DNA of 58,031 nucleotides, the filler included, from Sphacelaria rigidula (lineage: Eukaryota), in assembly GCA_964200075.2 (NCBI GenBank). It is 6 parts of 6 records of this genome, joined end to end, with 100 filler letters (N's around TTAATTAATTAA, not from the genome) between each part and the next. Parts side by side here need not be neighbours in the genome. Positions count along the whole stretch, not along the records: positions 1 to 9,589 come from CAXNAA020008141.1; positions 9,690 to 19,278 come from CAXNAA020008142.1; 4 more parts are not named here. One strand, written 5' to 3'. Below, piece after piece: positions 1 through 12,404 of the stretch; the first letter of the stretch is position 1, and every line of letters starts with the position of its first letter. Below the pieces are notes generated by a model, which had not been told where the DNA came from, did no database searches, and saw only the letters and a list, made by a program, of their open reading frames with translations. The translations under genes and the position numbers were made by a program.

Positions 1-376
1 CAACACACGTCTCGGACACTTTGCATCACCCCACGGAGAGGAGCCTAGTCTGCTCTTCAGATTCGCTTGGCTCCGAGGTTCAAAATTGGCCGCGGAACAA
101 AAATCTGCGCGTGAAAAATTGTGCCTGCCGACACTCACCAGTTTGGCCAAACTGGCGGGGTTCGGCCACACTGGCGGGGGTCGGTGGGCACAGATTTGTA
201 CGCGCAGGTTCTTGTTCCGTGGCCAATTTCGCAAACTGGCGGGGGTCGGCAGGCACAATTTTTTACGCGCAGATTTTTGTTCCGCGGCCAATTTCGAACC
301 TCGGAGCCAAGCGAATCTGAAGAGCAGACTAGGCTCCTCTCCGTGGGGTGATGCAAAGTGTCCAAGACGTGTGTTG
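1..376. mobile_element. Foldback/MITE-like long inverted repeat, left end truncated by contig start
   Basis: 1..~143 is a near-perfect reverse complement of ~233..376 (caacacacgtctcggacactttgcatcaccccacggagagg... / ...cctctccgtggggtgatgcaaagtgtccaagacgtgtgttg). A ~65-bp tandem duplication lies at ~170-297. Confidence 0.8.
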
Positions 377-2008
377 GGGGTTTCCTCGACTTGGGGGTTC
401 AAAGGTGTGTCAAACGTCATGAAAAATAATCCGTGGGCGAAAAATCTGTTCGCCATAACATCCGACCCAAGAAACGCCCTGACTTCGAGTTGTTTTTTTG
501 TCGAGGGGAATGGTTTCACAGGCTTATTTTTTTTTCAATATGGGTGCAGGGCTACCATGCAAACTTCACTGCATTCGTCGATTGTAGACACGTCTGATTA
601 AGACCGTGTTGTAGATGGGATGTTGCATCGAGTTTCATATAGAATTTCACCTAGACAACGGCAAATATGGATAGGCCGCGGGGAGGCGCGGCGGGTAGAG
701 AAATTACAGCGTCCGCAATCGGTGTCTGGCATGACGAGCATGTAACGACACAAGTATAGTCAAGGCAGCCAGCAGGGGCGACATCGTGTCATTTCACGGT
801 CGTGACGCTGCCGGCAAAAATGACTTTCTTGGTGAGGATTTTCATCGTCTCCCGTGCTCCAGGGCATGCTCTCACAAAAAATCGTCGTCGTCCGCTATAT
901 GCATCGTGCGGGGTGTGATCGATTTTAGTGTGAACACCATCTCCGAAGGGTACAGTTATTTCCAGACATTCTGCTTACGCGACAAGGAATTACTGGTCCA
1001 CTTACTTGCAAGAAAAATGGACACTCTACTATTCTTGATTAGATGAACGATGGGCAGATACTTGCACAACTCATTTACGTCAGTGAGATGCTGCTAGTAG
1101 AGATCCAATCCGGTTTGAGGCTGGCCTTGCACCGCAAGTCTGGTACTGCATTTCACATGCCGGGAGTGTTTAGCTCGGTGGTGCCGACGCTGTGCACAAT
1201 ACCGGGGATTCGAATGGGAATTCCGAGTAAGGGGACTATTGTTTTGGAAGATGATGAGAATCAACCGTCAGGATTTTCACGGAGGCGAGAATCTTTACTG
1301 CAGAAATATTTTCTGAAGGAGAAGACGGCACCGAGAGTGCACATGGAGAAAAAAACGTCGGCAAGAGCAGATATGCAATGGTCCGTTTCGTCGACAGGTG
1401 TAGCTGTCACAAATCCTATAATTTCGAATTAACAGGTGATCAAAAAAGCATCACGCTAAAAACCTGTTCCCCTTCCCTATAGAGTGGGATGAAGGGAGAA
1501 CACAAACTGAACTGGGGCAAAATCTTCCCCTCCTCATTCCTACACAACGAAGGGGAAAATGGCAACAACTGGGAATTTCGGGTCGTATTGTGACATTTCG
1601 CTCCCGGAATCGAAATCATCACCTAAAACGCACAAGGACGCGCGCGCGCTGCCTTCCAGCAGAAGCGGCGCATGGAGACATACATGCGCCCACGACATCA
1701 ACACCAGCAAAATCCTGCTTCAACAGAGCATGTATGTTAGCTATGATTCGGACACCGTTCCCCATTCTTGATAATCTTTCGCGATCCCGAGATTCGACTT
1801 GTTAAAGTGCGCTCTATTACAGCTTCCTCCTCCATCCCACCGCGCCGCGCGTCCTTGACCAACCCCCGGCCAAAAAACGACATTCGCCGAAGGCTCCGTG
1901 CAGAAGCCAGTTTTAAATGAGACGTCGCGCAACCCCGGGCCGTGAAATCCAGGATGGACGAAACCTCACGAATCACATAGCGAAAGCTCCCTTCCGATTT
2001 TGACTAGA

Positions 2009-5000
2009 TTAGATTCCTGCGAGAGTCACCATTAAACAGTCGGCGAAGAAAGTAAGTCAGCATATACTCGGTGATGTCACCGTTTAGTTAAACCTGTCGG
2101 CGTGGTTACCGTGTGTGGTTTCTAGCCTGGGGGCGGAACTGCTAAGTAAAACAACCAGTGTTGGCGAGGACACATGTCACGAGTAACTACAGCGTCATCT
2201 GTATCGAAACGTGCGGTGATCAACGATCACCAAACCAACCTTCATCCATGAGCGGTAATTATATTGCAAATACAGTTTATATTTGACGACAAACGCGGCC
2301 AGGCAGGCATCACAATCCTGTTTCACCACACGGCGTTGGGCACATGACCTGATATCGCATCAGAGTTCATGGGATGCCTCGCCAATTTTTTTCCGAAGAC
2401 GGGGCGGTATAGTCAGGGTAGAGTCGAGAGCGAAATTCTGTCATTTTTGTTGACTCGGGTCTAGGCGTTTTCTCGCGCTTTCGATTCAAAAAACATCGTG
2501 AAATGGTACGTTGTCTACAGCCGTCTGCACTGTATGCATTTAGTGTCTCGAATAGAATAAAAAACCCGCGGGCAACGTGTAGAACTACGAGCGAAGGGTC
2601 GTCTCTCTCTGCTCACGATGCGACGCAATAAGAACTTCGACAACGTCGAGCTTCGTACAGCCTGCACTGTTGATGAGCATGTACGTGAGCCAGTTTCTCG
2701 TCTCAAAACGCAGTTCCGTCGCTGATCTCTACAACAACATGTGCCGAGGTTTTCCACGACAGAAAATAAGCGAAGCTTACGCGTGCACCATGCCGCAGGG
2801 TTGCGGTATTGGACGGAAATGGTTCGTGTGGAGTTTGCGTGGTTTTGTGAAATGGTATCTGGCGTGGTCCTCGAGATGGAAGTCAAGTTCCATCGCGTGC
2901 ATTCAGACAGCATGTTTTCGATCGAAAAAGTTTAGCTCACATCGTTCTCCACTTCAACTCCACCAATCTTCGAGATAAGTTTAGGCCTTGACGAAACAGA
3001 AACACGCTGGATTTGAACGGAAAATAGACCGCACTATTTCAATCGAAAAAAATGTGCACACCACAACACCAATCACGGGAGAACAGGCGACAAACGTCAT
3101 GTACGAGGCAGCCTGGTCAACATACCGTAAGCGATCACTACACATTCCAACCAATTTGCACCGCTCGTATACCTCTGCAGTAGATTTTCAACGCTCGTGT
3201 TTTTTGTGCGTAGAAGCTGACGGCAGTAGGACGTGGGGAGAAGCCTCCCCTGTTTCTACGCGAGATTTATTTGTCCGAGATGGCACCCGGAATCCGAACA
3301 AATGATGTGCGAGTTACTTGCTGATACATGTCGACGCCCTCAATCGTCATGATCGCGAGTACCATCGAGTGCTTCCGCAGTAATCCACGCGTGACTACGA
3401 CAAACAAAGTCATCGTTCCAAGATCTCAACACGGGCGGATCTTCCCGGGTGCACACCCTGGACAATGGAATGACATCAAAAAGTGTACTGCGTACGATAT
3501 CGAGTATTGCACCTATTGCAACAGACCAGAGATTTCAGTGTACGTGGTGCATTTTGACAGTGGAACCCCGTTGTCCAGGGTGTGCACGGACGTGTGATCA
3601 TGTGTGGCATGACGCAGACGGGAAGACGAGATAATCTCACGTTCGAGAACAGGAGGGAGACCAATGCAGCGTGGTGTGGATGCAATCGTACTACTTGTGA
3701 ATTATTGACTCCGACTTGGGCGCATTCAAGACAGGGAACAAGAGCCAGAAGGCATCTTCCGAACATCGATACATCGACCGTATCATCCTCGAGGAGGAGC
3801 AAGCCCAGTTCCACAATCGAGATATACGAAGATGAAATCAAGACGTCGATTACGATGGGGTCAGTGGTTCCCCATGAAATCAACGCCGATATATATGACG
3901 GGCTGGGCCAGCAGTAAATCCCCCATTGGCATGTCACACTTCAACACATCAAATTCACCAAATCAGCCCGACTTGAGTATATCGGCGTGACCTGCAGAAA
4001 AACGTGATGACGCACGGGACCGCTGCTGAATGAAAAAAATAAAAATTCAACGTGTACTGCACCGTGTACCACCTAACCGAGGGAACGAAAAAAATCCGTC
4101 GGGATTCGTTCTCGTGACCTCCATGACTCGAATCAACTGCATCACTTGAAATAAAGGATGCGCAGCCCAACCACACGAAAAGTTCGATGCTGAGCCAAGT
4201 TCTTGAAACTCTTGGCCGGATTTGTACCAGGATCTCCACACAAGGACGCTCAACTACAGTAGGGGTGCCGCCGTATTCCTTCATTTTCAAGGAGTTCTAT
4301 TATACAGCGTTCTCCTAGTTTTTGCCGGAACTTCACGTTGCTCCACCTCTTCTATTGGTTACCCTGGAAAGTATAGAACCAGTGTAGTGGCCCGGATACA
4401 TTGGCAAATCACAATCGGCTGGGCCAGCTCAACCTACAGCTCACCGTAACATTGCGACCATGAAGTTGGCAACTGTGAGCAGGCCGTCGATGCACTGCTT
4501 TTACGAGAGCCGAAAGAATGTGGCACTTTGACATTGCATCGATGATGAAAATATAAACACTTCACCTTCGGTAGGGAAGTAGTAGCCGGCCTTCGCTACT
4601 TCATCTGGGAAGGAGAATGCTTCGCCAAGCTGCGCAAGGATCGGCTTCTGTTGAACGAGGGTCTGGAAGTACATGCCAACAATGGCGATCATGGCGGTAC
4701 GTCCATGCTTGAGCTCCTGAGAAGCAAAATAGAACAAAAAGCGCACACGGTAGACATGGATGTGCAACACGATGGGGCCGGGAGTGTGGTGACATACGGA
4801 AACATGAACGGATCACCAACAGGAGTGAACGCGCAACCAAAACATTCGTTCGTTATATGAATAGCAAATGTCAGAAAAAAATAATTATTCAAATCATTGA
4901 TTAATTGGGTTGGTTGATGGTGAATGGATACTGGGGTTGGGGTTGAAATATTATTTTTTGGGAAAAGGGAATTTTTTTCTTGGAAAAGGGAACTCAATAA

Positions 5001-7787
5001 TGAAGCTCCTATCCGTTCCACGGGTGTGGGAACCACGGACGGAGCATAGCAGTATGGCACCATAAACGTAAGGTGGCTCAACGTGATCAGACAGTGAGGA
5101 CTGCGAGACAAAAACAGCATGTATTCGTCGAGCGAGCTCTCGACACCATGCTTGATCAAGAAAGATTCACGACGTTCATTACAAGGAGTGTATTACATAT
5201 ATTTTGACTATCGAGCAGGTGCAGTCACAGATGTTCGACACTGTTTCACAATCCAATAGACCGTCTCGAAAGTGGTCGAGACGACATTATTGAGACGTGC
5301 AGGCAAAATCAAAACCGCGCTCTGATTTCACAAGAAAGCTGATGCAAAACAACCTAGCCGTCACCACAGGATCAACGCGCAGAAGACGGATCATGCTTGA
5401 CGCTCTGAGACTAAATCCTTTAGAGGGATGGCAACAACAGGATGCAGATTTTCGCGCATTAGCCGCTACGCCAAAATCTCCGAGAGTGAACCGTCATTTA
5501 TTTCCGGTAAAAATGTGCACATCGCTTCAAACGACTGAACCCGCCCATGCACAGCAAATATCCCGGTCTCTGGTGCTCAAGACGGCCCAAGCATAGGAGC
5601 GTGGCAAGGGTTTCTGCGCGGCCAGTACTGCGTTTACGCATGAATTAGGGCTAATGCCAGACAGAGCAAGAGTACACACTGCAGTTCATCACTCGGTGAT
5701 GGTCAATGAGCTCATCTCATGCGTGAAGAATTTGGATACTCTCCCTCGTGTCTTCAGTCTCGGTTCATCACACACAGCCGACAGTTGGGGGGCACCTCCG
5801 TCACGGATGGTTCGACTATTCGTACGCTCACAACGCCCGAGAGGATGAATCATCGGTTGTGGCGCACAAGGACCGTACGTGCGTGTGTCATGCACGGGGC
5901 ATCGAGTGACGTTCCTCACAGGTGATCGATACATTACATCGACGTCACATGAAATCATGTACAGGGCGAAACATGAACTGAACGTTCCACAACAGTACAA
6001 TCTGTTGTACCAGCTGACTCAGCTGTACACGGCAGTAGGAAATAGAAGCGATCTGTTTGTCGGCGGTAGGCTCTGCTCTAACCAAGATACACCGGGAGCT
6101 GCCAGATGCTAGTCGTAGATCAACCGCATGAAGCGCGACCTTTCCGCAGGCTACATGCTAACAAAGCGCATCACCATCACTCGAGTACGGAACTACATTG
6201 ATATTCGTCTTCAACGACGGATGAAAACATGTGGACCCTTTTACACGTCATTTGCTCTAGGTGGCGACACGTCTTGAGGGTGCAGACGGTATAACGTTGA
6301 ATCAAGCGACCGCCGGCTTGAACCAAGCTCACGACGGTACTGCACAGATCACCTCGAGATACATCAAGAACCATGAAACAATCAAGAAGGCGTTCCTGAT
6401 CACGATTGTCAGTGAGGGCGCGCTATCGGCGAAGACATGCCAGAACGAACTACAGAGACGGGGCAGAAAAGCCTGTACAGACAACTGTTGTTCACAGACA
6501 GTACATACACTACTAACTCACAGCATTTCACCTCTAGAACGGTCACTCGCGAACAAGATCGGCGATGAATATCGGCCTATTTGACTCAACTCAAGTATGA
6601 CCTTACAGCTGTAGACCGTCGAACAAACTACATGACGGATTGGTGGGCTGGGCTGACAGTGTAGGCATGCTCAAGTTCCACAAGCCTCCGCTGCACTCGA
6701 TGGAAGGGGTCAAGTCTGCCATATATGAGACTGGCAGCATTTTGTACGCGCGGGAGGTGACCCATGATTTGGAGTCACCGAAGGACGGCCGTCGATCACG
6801 CGAGGGTAGACACGCTGACGAAGGTCAGCCGAACGCACTGGATAACGCGAGATGATGGGGTTGACTTGTAATGGCTCAGCATCAGGGCACGACACAGCGT
6901 TAGGCATGCGCATCATATTCCCCTGACAAGTATACACGAACATGACGCGGAACGATCGCCGTCGTAGCAAAATATGTTCGGCCAAGTCCTAGGGACATGT
7001 AAACGAGCATCGTACCTGACACATGAGAAAAACATGATCGAGGGTGTCTGGTGCTCGACACAAAACTCCAAACGAGAGTCACATACAAGCAGCAAACCAA
7101 ACGACAAACCACGCCCTGCTTATACATGACCCCTTCAACCTATCCCAGTTCTCATCAATAACTGACCTGTAGCTGCTTCTCTGCGTATTCCTCCTCGGTG
7201 TAGTTGAACCCGCAGGGGTTCCAGCGTCCCTCACCCTGTCCCAGACCCATGTCTCCCGGGGGCCCGTCACCCCTGATGCTCCTGTTGAGCCGGATGGTCT
7301 CAGCGATCAGAATACTCACAACGATCTGGATGCTGCCGGCATTGGGGATCTTGTCCAGGGCAAGCATGGGCATCATCTCCGCAAACCTGTCGGCACCGAG
7401 CACGTTGTTTCCCGGGAAGTGGTAGATCTCGGGGAATATCCAGCCCGTCACCGCGAGCATGGCAACCCTGCTGTGCGCGATTTCAGCCTCGCGGTACCAC
7501 TTCACGCGCGCGGCCGTGCCCTCCCCGGGTCCCTGGACCCATGCGGGAGGGTTGTTCGCGAAACCGGCGGGGTCGAAGCCGATGTCACCCGGCATCGTAC
7601 CGTCGAGGCCCTCCGGGTAGGGGTCAAATGGGATGGCCACAGAGCGGTCGGGTGTTGACATGCTCAATGTCGTGGACGATTTGGTGCGTGCGGCCGTGCT
7701 GAGCGCGACCTGTGGTGCAACGAAGGCATTCGTCGTGGCGGGTGCGAGCGCGCACAGGGACGTTGCCGCAGCTACAAAGGACTTCAT
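2009..7787 (-). CDS. Light-harvesting complex protein (chlorophyll a/c-fucoxanthin binding, LHC family); join(7787..7167, 4716..4566, 2016..2009), 259 aa
   Basis: Signal peptide plus ASAFAP-like motif (TTNA|FVAP). Helix 1 [16 protein letters not shown]; helix 3 [15 protein letters not shown]. Intron 1 is CAG|GTCAGT...ttttgcttctcAG|GAG (phase 0). Intron 2 is GAAG|GTGAAG...ctctcgcAG|GAATCTAA (phase 1), giving C-terminus GYYFPTEGI*. The third exon is less certain than the first two. Confidence 0.92.
3449..3588. repeat. Imperfect palindrome, homologous to 49265..49397, inside LHC intron 2
   Basis: gtgcacaccctggacaa...ttgtccagggtgtgcac; arms show further partial complementarity out to cgtac/gtacg. 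Confidence 0.8.
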
Positions 7788-8171
7788 ATTTATTGAGATG
7801 GTACTGTGAATGTGTGTAGCCTCCCTTCGTCTCTGGGTGCGCGTCTTCGTACTGTACTGTACGGGAGTGCGTCGTGCAGTATACAGGGAGAAAGACAGGA
7901 CACTGCGCTGAGCCAGGTACGCCGGTGTTGCTCGCCTATACTAATTTTGACCCCCGTATGTTATGAGTGTGTTTTTAGATTTTCCCTTCAACGGGGTTCG
8001 TTTTCTCCAAGCCAGTTTAATATCAAGTCATGTTTGCCCTACCCATGAATAACCCCGGTTTGTTACCCTGTCCCTAACGCCTCTCTATTTTTCTGTGCGT
8101 GATACTCCTCCTCGCGATGGTCATACTCCAATTCTCGGGATGCCAACACCGAGCGGTTTACGCAAGAGGTT

Positions 8172-8495
8172 ATGCCTCTCGAACGTCACCCCGACGGTCG
8201 CCTCCGGCGTCAACGGCGACCACGATCATGTACACCATGGAGGAGAACACATGTTGTTGCTGCTTTAAAAAGGCACTTCATTTGGCTTGTGCTGTCCCTA
8301 CAGTTGTTCCTTGGTACACTCTCCGTAGATCACATGTTCGTGCTGTCGTTTGACTCGTCTTTCTCGAGCTTCACCTTTGGTGCTCCCCCTCCAGGAGGCC
8401 AAGGCCCGAGGTTCTCATTTAATGGATTTAGACCCGGGGGTATACCAGGCATGGCTGGCGCCGGTGATGCTGTTGACAACGAGGGGTACTATAAG
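8172..8495 (+). CDS. First exon of probable DnaJ/Hsp40 protein (partial; remainder not found on this contig)
   Basis: ORF has a hydrophobic stretch (HFIWLVLSLQLFLGTL), a G/F/P-rich segment, then VDNEGYYK, resembling the start of a DNAJA-type J domain. It ends at donor AAG|GTGAGA, phase 0. The HPD motif is not seen. Confidence 0.6.
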
Positions 8496-9454
8496 GTGAG
8501 ATTGGAATGGCAGTGACTTGTAGGTTCAAGGTGTGCTCTGCGGTTGCTAAATACAACACGTGTCGTTGGTACGTCTTGCTGAGGCTACGATCTGTAGGTT
8601 CAGCAGAGCGGGGGGGGGGGCTGGGGGGGGAAGCGATTGTGTACTCATGATCATGCATGCCAAAGCGATTGTGGGGGTCCCTATTCACATTAATGGCCGT
8701 GTTTGGTTGCGATGGGGTGGACGAAGAGCGTGAATTTTCTTGCACTAGCGTGCATTTGATTCCTCCAGTTGAAGCGTTCATTTGTTTCATTCATGGTGCA
8801 GCTGATGACAACCATGCTCCGACAAATCGACATCAAGCTGGAGATGCCAACGCAAGAAATATGGCCCAGCGGCCCAGCCCGTGACCTCTCCCAACTGTTG
8901 ACATAATCATGAGAGAATGATCCAAGGCACAGCAGGATGTAATCATCTGCAGCCATACATAAAGAGCACCTTGTGTCGTTTCCACCTTGTGTTTCGAGTC
9001 GCATGCCCTGCCTCCTGCAAAAAGGGCAAAAAACGGGGCATGGTTGATTCATCCTTCATTGGAGTCGAATCTTTCCGCATTTTTCAAGACGCCCACGAGT
9101 ACGTATACTGTAATCCTGTGCAGACACGACACGGACTACAGACGGCACCACAAGTATGTACTGCACTTGATTTTAACCAGTTGGCCTCCAGAATCGTCTC
9201 GAGGTATCTTCAGCGGCAGACAGTCCAGAGGTTTCAATGATTTTGACAAGGGGGCGTGGGGGTGGCAGGTTCCCCGATTGTCAGAGAAAGCTTCCATGTC
9301 AGTCATGGATGTGTCTAGCAGGAAAATTCCAGGTATGGCGACACGCCCGAAGAGGGTGATCTTTTGGATACTTTTGATTACAGTGGTGGATTGATTTATC
9401 AAGTTCCCCTACTCGTACAAATCGCCCGATATCGCCCACCTACTGTACTGTTAG

Positions 9455-9589
9455 CCGGTCGCCCCGGTGGCTCAGTTGGTGACCTCGTAACCTTCTGATG
9501 GTTGAGTTGTGGAGATCGATTCCCAGAGCGATATGGGATTTTTTCTTACACCATGCCCAACAGTGGAGAGCGACTATGTCGTGGGTAAA
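9455..9589 (+). mobile_element. tRNA-derived SINE, 5' part (truncated at contig end)
   Basis: A-box GGTGGCTCAGTTGG and degenerate B-box GATCGATTCC; homologous to 32840..33204. Confidence 0.75.
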
Positions 9590-9689
9590 NNNNNNNNNNN
9601 NNNNNNNNNNNNNNNNNNNNNNNNNNNNNNNNNTTAATTAATTAANNNNNNNNNNNNNNNNNNNNNNNNNNNNNNNNNNNNNNNNNNNN
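9590..9689. other. Artificial contig linker N44-TTAATTAATTAA-N44
   Basis: Identical 100-nt spacer, with stops in all six frames, occurs five times at ~9.69-kb intervals. Confidence 0.98.
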
Positions 9690-10232
9690 AATTGACTCAC
9701 TTACAGCGAATGATCGAAGCCACTCTCAATCGTATCATAATCTCACGAAAACACTGTTTATTGTCATCCCCGCATTATCATTACTTTTTTGCAAAACGAA
9801 CCGCCGCACTAGTGTCAAACACATTTGTACGAAAGGAGAAGGCCTGAAACATCCCAGGTGTTCCATTTCCGTTGTCATTATTATCGATTTCTGCTGAAGG
9901 GGTGATTAGGGGACACCACTCAACGTGCGTGATAGAGTGCCTTAATCAAAACCGGTGGACACCAAACTTTGGGGGACCACTATCAAAACGTGCTTCAATG
10001 GGTTGAGAAAGAAAAAGACAACATTAGTTTTCGTCGAGTACGGCGTTGCCAACCTCCGACTTTATGGCGAAATTTGTTCCGAAAAACAGGGGATGGGTGA
10101 TTTTCATCCCCGAATTGCTTTTTGTTGTTGAAAATGGATCGTAATAATTTCATACCTATTTGTACCAAAGGAGAAGGTCCGAGACGTTTAGGGTCGCGAG
10201 AAATCAACTGCAGCGTAAAGTGTACCGTAAAC

Positions 10233-10824
10233 AACACTACATTCATTCGTGAGATTCAGAGTAACAACGTTTTCGTGAAATTGAGAGTTGAAGGTACGAT
10301 TGAGAGTGAAAAGCGGTTAATTAGTGAATAAGCCGTTTCAGTTCCGAAATGCACCTCCACCAAGCCCAATACTCTCTTTGTAGTAGCTTGACACTGATGG
10401 CCTCAATACTCTTGAGTAGGATATATATCAACGTGCAGCTGTAAGCACATGGCAGTGATGAGACGACGACAAGCACACACGGAATGAAAAATTGGTCAAG
10501 TGAGAGCGAATGATCAAAGCCACTCTCAATCCGCACCCAACTCTGAATCTCACGAAAACCTTGTTGAGTGTAGTTTCAGATTCAGAGTCAGGATTTCAAA
10601 CGGAAGAACTGTTTTCTTTGTGGTCGATTCTTATGCAAAACAGTTCGCGTCACTAATCAACCAATCCGAGTAAAGAATGTGCGTGTTTTCACAGCCTCCA
10701 ATGTTGGTTGATTAGTGACGCGAACTGTTTCGCATAAGAATCGACCACAAAGAAAACAGTTCTTCCGTTTGAAATCCTGACCCTGAATCTGAAACTACAC
10801 TCTGAATCTCACGAATATAGTGTT
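10233..10824. mobile_element. Palindromic MITE with ~120-bp arms; left arm interrupted by a nested MITE
   Basis: 10566..10664 is the near-perfect reverse complement of 10704..10802. Outer ends are aacact...ttcgtgagattcagagt / actctgaatctcacgaatatagtgtt. Confidence 0.8.
10263..10565. mobile_element. ~300-bp MITE, AACAA...TTGTT termini, 4-bp TSD GAGT
   Basis: TIR aacaacgttttcgtgaaattgagagttg / caactctgaatctcacgaaaaccttgtt. GAGT at 10259-10262 and 10566-10569. Other copies at 19689..19989 and a fragment at 9690..~9758. Confidence 0.85.
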
Positions 10825-10859
10825 CATTGAAATAGAGGGTGTTTTGGCAGCATTGTTAA

Positions 10860-10956
10860 CCCTTAGACCGCGAGTTTAGTCTTCTGTTGAATCGGCATCA
10901 GTGTCAAGTGAAAAAGGTATGCGTGATCCAGAAAGACTAGTCTCGCCGTCTAAGGA
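10860..10956. mobile_element. 97-bp piggyBac-like MITE
   Basis: TTAA|CCCTTAGACCGCGAG ... CTCGCCGTCTAAGGA|TCAA; same terminus as 39563..40430. Confidence 0.65.
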
Positions 10957-10980
10957 TCAAGTCGGTAGAGCCATACTCTA

Positions 10981-11191
10981 TGTAACGCGTGAGAGGACCG
11001 CGTGCTTAAAGGACCGCGCCGTAGTTCGAAATACCTCAGGACCGATGTTTTTCAAAACCAATGGGGTCAGTCCCTGCAGGTACCACGCCCCTGACCCTAA
11101 CCCCAATACTAACAATAACCCTAACCCCAACCATAGGGGTGCTCAAATTCCGATGCGGTCCTCTAAGCACGCGATCCTCTCACGCATTACA
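10981..11191. mobile_element. MITE with TGT...ACA termini, 37-bp TIR and 5-bp TSD CTCTA (Ginger-like), containing CCCTAA-like repeats
   Basis: tgtaacgcgtgagaggaccgcgtgcttaaaggaccgc / gcggtcctctaagcacgcgatcctctcacgcattaca, with CTCTA on both flanks. A second copy at ~13525..14352 is split by a solo LTR. Confidence 0.8.
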
Positions 11192-12404
11192 CTCTACACC
11201 TACTCCTGCAACTTGGTTACATTACTATTCAATTTTGAAAAGCTTGGGTGGTAGAGGATAAACTCTTCTCTCTCCGAATACTCTGGGCATTGTTCTACGT
11301 GTCGTGGTTCCCACGAACCAGAGTTTTTCCCGTCAGGTGCCTCAAGCGTACCTTAATTGGGACATTTACCTCTAAGCGACTCTGTTTATGACCGGACATC
11401 GCGGTGCGACCACTTCAGAGAGTGGCCACTTTCCCTTACCTGAGGGCTGTAAATCGCCTACCTTCCGGTATGGTGCGAGTGCGTATACGGCAGGAGGAGG
11501 TGTACTGGAACCGAATGATTTGATGCGTTGACCAGAGCTAAGCAACTGGTTTGATACTATGAGCAAGTGGCTATAAACTGCTCATCGAATCCCTCGCTGA
11601 GTTCCAGGGTAGCGCGGAGGGAGGAGTAACGCATGCAAAGGCTCATGACTTGTTTGAGGGTGTGACGAGTTCATCGTCACAGTGTAACGATCAATACCAT
11701 CGATATGGTCAAGATCTTGCAACGATGGCCTCATATACATTTACTACGGGAGTTCAGTCCCACCGTTGAGCGGCATCAAATTCTCGACGGCGCATCGCCG
11801 ACCAACTTGCCTTTGGCATTGAAACACTAGCATCGACACGGTTAGGATGATCTCGGAAAATCCAACGTCATCCGAATCACCTGACCCCACCTCACCAAGG
11901 TACCTGCCGCGCATCAAAAGCGGTCTAACGGTCACATCACCAAAATCTCACAAGCTTGGTCCGAGTGATATGAGGAGAAATTCCGACTTCGCTCAAATCA
12001 CCCGAGCGATCTTGGGGTCTTTTGCCGAATACCGAACGGGGTGATTGATGCATTGAGTGTCGCACACTAAACGATTCCGGAGGGACCAGCAGGTTGTTGA
12101 TGTCAAGATGCATGTCCCCGAGACAGAGTGATGAGGAACGCTTGCTAAAGTAAAGAACACGGGAGGGGGTGGGGGGGAAGATAGGACAAATGAAGCAAAC
12201 CAAGAAAAACCATAAAGCGAAACCGAGCAGAAAAGGGGAAGTGGGGAAAAAAGAAGGGAGGAGAACTAGAGGAAAAAAACAGTCCACATGGGAAAAGGAG
12301 GTACATGCAATCGATCTGCCACAGCAAAGCATCTTGTTGTTTCCGAATGTCTTTCAGGTGGAGCAAGGTGATTGAACGTCTCACAAGCCGCCGTGCGGAT
12401 ACAA

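Noticed and set aside
3449..3480. HPGQWND as a Harbinger-type transposase motif
   Set aside because: No surrounding DDE motifs are present, and the peptide arises from a palindrome arm.
9634..9645. TTAATTAATTAA as a biological motif
   Set aside because: It is embedded in N runs at fixed spacing and is an assembly linker.
11400..12040. Coding-like stretch
   Set aside because: Stops occur in all frames with no recognisable motif; at most an unidentifiable relic.
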